Source: Eledone cirrhosa (Eukaryota). Taken from it: 64,000 nucleotides of DNA. The stretch's first letter is position 1. Each line of letters starts with the position of its first letter. Of the stretch, positions 55,552-64,000 are shown piece by piece. Under the pieces are notes generated by a model, which saw only the letters and a list, made by a program, of their open reading frames with translations, had not been told where the DNA came from and searched no databases. The stretch is from positions 359,228,001 through 359,292,000 of the forward strand of contig OZ024743.1 of the NCBI GenBank assembly GCA_964016885.1, in the 5' to 3' direction. The position numbers and the translations under genes are program-made.

Positions 55552-58344
55552 TGTCATTAAAATAATATTTTCAGGAATATTTCTATCATACACAGGTTTT
55601 TTAAATTAATCTTTCTTTGGCGCTATCAATCCACTACTTCCTAAGTCGGCCACTGGCCTTAGGGGTCAGATATCCTCGTGTTATATCACATATCAATGGG
55701 CTTGCTTGCTGGTAGGTTCGTATTCTCGTGACATGTCAGAACAACCGCACTCATTGTTGTTTATATTGATGGATTGGGCTTGTCTTTACAATTTTCTTGA
55801 TTTCCTCATTCCTGATATCATTTCGTCTGGAAATTTCTTCACATTATATCGATAATGTATTGAAATTAGTCATTGAATAAAATCACGTGACTGCTTTTAT
55901 GAACGACGAGGAGAAACTACCATGTAAGAAGATAAGTAAATTTCTCAATGACTTGAGAGTAGATACGACTTTTTAACTAAAGAAGTGTTTGGTCATTGGG
56001 AATACCAAACAATGAAATGACTCCATGTCACATATGTAAACCGTAAAAGAGAATCTTAAGAGAACCTCCTGTAGTCAATAAAAAGAGTGCTATCGTCAGA
56101 AAATGTCAAAATATCTATGATACATAATATGCAACCGACTGCAATGTTATGTACAATAAAATATATTCATATTATCAAAACCTTAATTTAAACAATGCAA
56201 ATTAAATTGAAATCGACAATCAAATGTTTAAATAACAATGGAGACTCTATATGGCCATTAGATTTGCTCGAAATAGCAATCAAACTTCATTCAATTCATA
56301 ACATACTATCTTTTAAATGGAAGGACGCAATAAATAATGTCCTTTATATACAGGTTTCTTTGGTCAAGGCTGAATTTAAGCTAAATAACAATAGCAATAT
56401 GAAAACTAGCTTTCTTTAATGCAGGTTTGCTTAAATATTAGTTTGTTTTACTATTTTCATATTCCTATGTTCTCTGTTTTGCATAAAAGCCATCCATTAT
56501 TTCTTGCTAATTAAAATCATGACTACTAATATATTACAATTTTCAGGGTCGCAAATAGTTTCATTTTGTTTCGAAGCAGCGTTTTTTAATGATAGTTTTA
56601 TTACTGTTTTCACACACAAATGACAGTATTCATTCTTCTATTCGTTAGTAATTTGACTGCACCCATGCTGGAGCACCGCATTGAAGAGTATAGCCGGTCA
56701 TATTGACACCGTATTTTCCAGTAAATTGAGTCACCAATGATGACAGAAATGTATTTGTTTGCAGTCCAACTCCAAACAACATATTGAATCTTAGAATATA
56801 ATAATTATAAAAACTAGATTCTTTCATGGCAGTTAAATATGTAAAAAAAAGTTGGCAACATTGTCGTCGAATTTCAAAAGCAATGGAAGTAGATAAAGAT
56901 CAATATGGATAAGTTTAAATATCGATCAGATAATCTTCAAACATAATTTTTTGTAAATCTTGAATTATTTCAGTTAAGCTATTTATATTTTCTTAAGATT
57001 TGTTATTCAATATTGATTGTAAAGCTACACTGTTTTCGTATAAGCATACTGACTGATTTAATAGCATTTGTCTCGTTACTCAACAACATCGCGTGTGATT
57101 CGCCGATTAATTTATAAGTAATCTGCAACTCTATAGGATACACGTGACCTTTTCTATACCAAAGAGAAGAACTGGCAAGTTCTAAAAATGAGAAAAAAAC
57201 TTGAAACTCTACAAAGAAAGGTAGAATCATTATAGCCACAATTTTGATGCCACTATGTAAATAAACACATATTGCAATCAATAAAGAGAACTTTCAATTG
57301 GAATAATAATGAAACAGAAAATAAAATATAACATGAAATAGCGAATAAATAATCAATGTAACTGGAAAGGGAAACAATTATAATATAAAAGAAGTAAATA
57401 GAAGAAAATAGTTTAGATTGCAAAATAAACAATTTTTGAAAAAAATCTAAACACTGTTCAAATTCAGCTAAATCAATAAAGGTTATATGGAACAAGAAAC
57501 GAAATAACAGAGTGAAAAAATATTAAAAACTTAAAATGTTTTTTTCTTTTTGAAAGTCGACGATGAATTGTAAAATAATAGAGGAAAATCTTCCTCATAA
57601 TAGCAATTCCTTTCAATATCATGAGACACACACATTTGTCGTCTAGAGATGGTTGTAGGGGGATATGCTTGGTAAACGTTGACCTCATATATTTCATACA
57701 CATGCTTCCACTCCGAGCATGATGATGTATAATAAAGCCCTGGTAGTATTTAAACATAAAGCTAAAATTCGACGCCCTACCGTTTCAACTATATTACCGT
57801 ATCGAGCTCAGTAATAAGATACAGTTTATCTTGAGATATGATTTTAAATGCCGACAACTAAATTTTGGGGGATTGTGCAATTTTTACTGATTACACTACA
57901 TCACTGTTATTTATTTTCATTACCTCAAATAGTATGAAAAACTCAATCCACCACAATAGGATTTAGTGCATCCTACAACCAAAGCAACGAATCTAAATAT
58001 TGCAAGAAATTTCATTAGGCGTTCAGACAATTTTTCCAACAGTCATCCTCCTTAAATAGTAATGTTGATTTAAAGGGTTCAAATAGAAATGAGCTAGCAT
58101 AACTCATGTAATCGACACCAGTACGGATTTTATCAGTGCCAAAAAGATAATAGGCAAATTCATACCAAGTACTAATTGAACTCATAAGGTAACGAGACAT
58201 ACTAAAATACAGAGAAGTATATTATTTGACACTAACGGTTTTGTTGACGCACCAGCTTTCTATTATTATTTCTGACTTCAAATCCCGGGATCTGAATTTT
58301 ATTCAACTCTAGCGATTCCACTATCCAACTAATATCGTTAGATA

Positions 58345-58505
58345 ATAGTTTCTAATTTAGGCACAAAGCCGCCAATTTGTGGGTTGAGCAAAGTCGATTG
58401 CATCAACACGAGTGCTTCAATGTTACTTTATTTTACGGACATAGGAAGGATGAAAGACAAAATTGACATCGGTGAGATTTGAACTCAGAATGTAAAGAGT
58501 CAGAA
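58345..58505 (-). mobile_element. SINE (octopus-type)
   Basis: aaggatgaaagacaaaattgac..gatttgaactcagaa is the reverse complement of the core at 62095-62142. Confidence 0.62.
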
Positions 58506-58784
58506 CACTATTAGATAATATTACAACATTAATTACGACACACGTCTTACTATGAGACAATCTAATATATATATCAGAAAGCAATTTGAAAACATAATTA
58601 TGACCCTTTCCATTTTAAGTTCATAAGGTCAACCTTGCTTTCTTATCTTTACGCAGTTGATAAAATAAAATACCAGTCGGATTGATGTAACGCATGCTTT
58701 AAATTTATGGAATCCTGCCAAATTTAGAAATCATATTACACAATTAAGGCTTTCAACAATAATATACAGCCCTATTGCATGCAG

Positions 58785-59110
58785 CTCGGCTGAATGGTTA
58801 AAAGCTCATTTTGCAATTATAAAGTTCTGGTTTCGATCTCACTGCGTGGCATTTTGGGCAGCTGTCATTTACCATGGCCTCGGATTGACTCAAGCCATAT
58901 GAGTAAAATTGGGTAGACGTAAGCCTTTTGGAAACTCGTCGTCGGATGAACTGCATCTGTAAACAACAGGGCTAACTTGGTTACACATTGCGTTACAATG
59001 ACACTTCTAGGGAACTGCGTTAAGTGTTCACGTGTCTATGGAATGCTCAGCCACACGCTTGTTAATTCCGTTAGTCAAACAACGGGAAAACTCATCATCA
59101 AAACCGAGGG
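58785..59110 (+). mobile_element. tRNA-derived SINE (octopus-type)
   Basis: An A-box-like tggttaaaag and a B-box-like gtttcgatctc, followed by cactgcgtggcattttgggca...tgagtaaaattgggtagacg. Confidence 0.62.
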
Positions 59111-59722
59111 AGGTCCATTCTATAGTTCTAATAATCTGTTACTGTAGTTATAGACACGATCATACGTTGAGAACCTATACATATTAGAATACAATACAAA
59201 GTAAATTAATAATAATAATAACCCGAATAAAAATGTAAATCACCATAACGTTATATAGTAAACATCACTATATAAAAGTCATATTAAATTCTAAATTGAC
59301 ACGGTCTGGTAGACATATTTTCATTTTCGAAAATATTTATATTAAGTAAAACAAATATAGTAATATAATCATTAAAACCATTGAATAAGACAAGAGCTAT
59401 AATAAAATTCATTCAATTCTTTATCATTAAACTGTTTATCACAAAATAAATATAATTAATTTTGTATGAAATTGTTTCTATTTGTATCAAATAGTTCATC
59501 CACAATCTTCTGTTTTTTTTAAGAAAAATACCAAAATGAAAACAGAAAATCAAGAGCATTTGTCTTTTGAATGTGTTTCTGTATATCATAAAAACTCAAT
59601 AAGCGTGGGCGAGTGCGTTGTTTCTTATGATATATCTATACATGGATTATAGATATTAAGATCCACGTATTTTCGCGTTCAATTCCACTGCGTATGTGCC
59701 GTCTACCTATACAAATAAATGG

Positions 59723-59781
<59 letters not shown>

Positions 59782-62029
59782 AGTGTGTGTGTGTGTGCGC
59801 GCGCCTGTGTTTGTTTTTACCATATTTTGAAACGCGTATTACTCGTTTTTTAATTTATTCTATATCTTGTCCGAATACATAACATAGACTAGTTTCCTTT
59901 CTTCTGTATCATGTAAGCAGGGAAAGCAATTCTTGTTTATGAAATATTTCGGACACTTAAACTGATCATTAATGAGGAAACAAATCTTGAGATTTATACC
60001 TGCATAATGTACCGATCGGCTTGACCTACAATCGTTATCATGTCTCTTGTTCCTGAATATGTACGTACGTTTGAGAGAACAAATGGGAACTCTCTTGTCC
60101 ATAACAACAATATAAAGAAATGTAACACATGCTAATAAAAAAATATATATGATAGGAGAATACTGAGCAACGCATTTAACTGGTATGTTAAAATACAGAA
60201 TATGATAAATATTTTAGAAATGTGGACGTCATAGAGTTAGTTGAGAGATTAAGAAAAATAAATCTAAAAAAACACACAAAATGTATTATAAAATTTGAAA
60301 AATGTAAATGCCTTTTTTAAACATGCTGAACTATTCGAATGAAACCTTTTAAGATTTATGGAATATTAAATACATAGATAAACCAATCATTCACAAAATC
60401 AGATATAGAGAAATATAGTGGAAAGAAGGCAGTTACAAAACTATATCAGCATTGGATTACAAAAATATTACAAAAATATTAAGATATGACGATTAATGAA
60501 ATATATTGCTCGAATAAATGTCTTTAGCATCTACAAAAACAGAAATATGAAAATACCCGTAGAGCCGGTTGAAATATATCATAAGTATACTCAAGTCTCT
60601 TGTGGAGCAGATGAAAATAATAATCAAGTTAGTGTTCACGTATTTAAAGCTAAGGAAGATTAAAAAAATAGTCACTAGAATCATTATGCAGTAAGGTGAA
60701 AAATCCTAAAACGAAAAGCCAATATATATTTCCACAAAATTACGAGAAAAACATTGGACATGTTTTGGTCTTATTAGAACCTCATTAGCGAAACATAGCC
60801 TTTAACATATTTCTCTAAGTATTGACAAAATAATCACCCAGTAAATAATAGGCAGTTGTACATTTGTTGGCTTTGCATTGGAAAATAGAATGTTTCAATG
60901 ACTAGATTTCTGAATCATCGTTAATACATTTAATGCAGAGAGCATTAAAATCGAACTAAAGATAATTATACGTTACGAAATAACCCATGTTAATCAGAAG
61001 TTAATATAATTTCCAATAGTATTCTGCTTGTCACAAAATGTGCTCCAGTTTTACGCTTTTAGCAACCTTAACTATAAAACGAAATGGAAGACAATAGCGA
61101 AATATTTAACGCAACAAAACAGTTGTTATGGAGTTCTCTAAATCTATGCATCAAAATAAGAAACATAAGATTTGGAACTTCCACAGGTTCTGCTGCTGGT
61201 TACCATAATTGTGTTATGTACAGGAGAGAACTTCTGACATGTTTCTATCTTATTATGACATCATCAGCGAAACACAGTTATGCCAAATTGCCGAAAGATG
61301 TTTTATTTGTGAAGCAATTCTATTGTTAAACATCAACTAGTGTGTGTTTTTTGTGTGTTTACATTGAAAGTATTCCATCATTAATTCGGTAAGTTCAGCG
61401 AAATATAACTGAAAATAAGCTAACCAATATACAACGTTTCCAAAGGCAGAAGAAAAAATAATTGACTTAATTAGAAACAGAATTAAAATATAAACAACTT
61501 AATGATTAATACATCAGATATCTAGCATTTAAATGTAATGTATAGGAAATTGAATCAGGTATAAACATAAACATAAAAACAGGATGCATATAAATGTATT
61601 TAGAACCCACTAACCTAAATATTATGTAGACACAAAGTATTTACCAAAGACACACACAGGGAGAGGATTCACAAAAATAGAGAGAATTATTACTAAATAA
61701 TTATAATAGGATTATAAAGAATAATGTGAAAAAAAAAACGAGAAATTAATTAGCCTACGAGAAAAAGGATTATTTTAAAGATAGTGAAATAACTAGGTTC
61801 TATGTAGAAGTCAAACATATAGATATAGATAACGATAAAGGCGTCACAACAGCTTAAAGACAAATATAATACAGCTGGAAAGTAAGATTAATTCAGTGAC
61901 ATAGAATTTCCTGACATGTTCAATATCTTGAAACGTTGGACAGGACCGGAGTCAATAAAAAAGATATGGTTTACTATTAATGGTTTAAAAGTCGAAATTG
62001 AAAAGATTACTTCACGAAACAGAGAATTG

Positions 62030-62185
62030 AGCGTATTAGTGGAGTCGTTAGAACGTCGGATGGTATGCCTTGCAGTATTCGTTTCGGCTCTGCCTTCTGA
62101 GTTCAACTCCCAAGTAGGTAAACTTTGCCTTTCATCCTTTCGAGATCTATAAATAAAGTACCAATTCAGTACTGAGGTCGATCCT
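62030..62185 (+). mobile_element. SINE (octopus-type)
   Basis: ttctgagttcaactccc..actttgcctttcatcctttcg..ataaataaagtacca..tactgaggtcgat. Confidence 0.65.
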
Positions 62186-62492
62186 TCTCTCTCAGTTTTT
62201 TCTCTTTCTTTGACAGAAATTAGGTGCAGCTAAACGTGGAGAGGGATGAGATTTAACAGGTTCGAAAGGTCCAAGTCACGACGGTACCCCTAAGACTACA
62301 TTAGAGATTATGAAATTAGTGTTCAGTGAATTGATGCATAAGTTCAAAATCAGATATTACTCATAAATAAGAAATTCATTAAATATGTAACCAATTAATA
62401 AGAGTCAGTAGGTGTAGATGATGCATAAGTATTTGGAAAAATTGTCACACACACACAGACACACACACACACACACATACATACATACATAC

Positions 62493-63017
62493 ATGATGGC
62501 TGCAAACTCTGCTAAGAGTATTCCAATCGATTGTCAGATTATAGAGTTTGGTGCAATTTTAGGCTACCGCCAGCCACACAATCCTGTAACATATCCTGAA
62601 CAAGCAACGCCTGTGATTTGAAGGTGTTTTAAGTGGGGAAAGGCCTTGCACTCGACACCAATCCCACTCTCTGAGTATCGAAAACACTACCCGAAAAGGA
62701 GAACTGGTCAACATATCGGATGCTTCCGAAGCCGCGGGTCCTTTTTCAGAGTTTCCCTCTCTTAGAAAGGTGTTGTGACAACAACTGGGGGCCTTTCACT
62801 CCCAGGTGGAAAAGAAGTACTATCTGGATACCCGTTGACTCTGCTGAGTTTCTCCGCCCTCTGCCAGTCTTGTATTTCCTCCCGTAGGGTGTCAAAATAT
62901 CACCCTCCTCACCAAACAAGCTTGGTGGGGTTGCCGGTTTAGTCGCCGACAACCCGACTATGAAACAGGTTGTACTGGGTTACATGTTAATTGTAGCACT
63001 CGAGAACGACATGACAC
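62493..63017 (-). mobile_element. Second short RTE-related non-autonomous element
   Basis: tcaccctcctcacca..cttggtggggttgcc.gtttagtcgcc..caggttgtactggg is shared with 52182-52265. Ends gcagccatcat(gtat)n on the minus strand. Confidence 0.62.
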
Positions 63018-63096
63018 ATACATACATACATACATACATACATACATACATACATACATACATACATACATACATACAAACATACATACATACATC

Positions 63097-64000
63097 CGAG
63101 CAGTGGATGTTGGAACTCGAAAAATACTAAACAACACCGCAAACTTCCACATCAAGTGACATAGACCATCTTTACTTGAAACGTAAGCAGGGAGGTAGAG
63201 GCCTAACATCAGTCCAGACAGCATTTGAATGTCGCATCATATCTCTCCGATAACATCTACGAAGCTCGAAGCTTAGGAGCCCGTCTCTCGAGCAAGTCTA
63301 TCTGCAGATAAGATCATGAGAGTTGGGAAGGAACTCCTCGAGAGATATTCCCTGTGTGATAATCAAAAACTCACACCCAGGGAAGTCGCTCAGCAATATC
63401 GCAGTGAATCTATGGATGAAAAACTGCATGTTTATCAGCAAAAAATCATGCATGGATATGTTGCCAGGAAGCTCCAGAGTGAGAGTAATATAGATAAGGA
63501 AAGTAGTCTATCTTGGACCAACAACCGTTATATTGGCTCCCACTTTGAAGGATACGCTTTTGCAATCCAAGAACAGGAGATTAACACGAAATACCTGATT
63601 CACAAAAGAGATAGGAATGCAGGTACTATGTACCTATGAGGCATGATGTAGTGGCCAAAACACTGTACAATACAGTTCGTAAAAAAGATAGCCCGATAAT
63701 AAACACATTAAAAGCTACAACAATGTGGAAGACATCCTCGTACATAATATGAAAGATTACTGGTGGAATGTTCCAGTAAAAACCCCAATAAAATGCAGGC
63801 ATAACAGACCAGATATTATGATATGGGACAGGGAGAAGAAATCATGCACAGTAGTGGAAATTAGCTGCCCAGTAGATGCCAATATAATATCAAAGATTAG
63901 CGAAAAGGAGAATATTTATGCAGAACTGATGAGAAATCTGCAGATACTCCACCCTGATTACACCTTCAGATTTATGCCTGTGATTATTGGGGCACTGGGA
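63097..64000 (+). pseudogene. R4/Dong-type non-LTR retrotransposon remnant (RT C-terminus plus restriction-like endonuclease); runs off the window
   Basis: LYLKRKQGGRGL, MHGY...IDKESSLSW...FEGYAFAIQEQEINTK, RHDVVAK, HNRPDIMIWD...VVEISCP, FMPVIIGALG. Confidence 0.85.

Overview
Eukaryotic, very AT-rich and microsatellite-dense DNA. The SINE families look like octopus SINEs, so the host is probably a cephalopod (inference). No host gene can be called with confidence, and most listed ORFs are translated (TA)n/(CA)n tracts. Positions 1-54 kb are a dense nest of retroelements inserted in (TA)n tracts. They include one intact Penelope-like element (PLE; RT plus C-terminal GIY-YIG, 843 aa), a full-length but disrupted Neptune-like PLE with a possible -1 frameshift signal, several truncated PLEs, RTE and R4/Dong-type LINE remnants, short RTE derivatives, SINEs and Helitron-like elements. 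Folding by eye found about 30 type I hammerhead ribozyme (HHR) motifs from about 15 sequence families, several with variant cores or greatly enlarged stem II. Two non-coding tandem arrays (558-bp and ~466-bp units) carry one HHR per unit and look like non-LTR retrozymes. One array starts at the predicted self-cleavage site and the other is fused head-to-head to a PLE 3' end. Nearly all PLE-related insertions are head-to-head pairs with both 3' ends in (TA)n and one arm consistently ~40-95 nt longer. All RNA folds are manual and untested.
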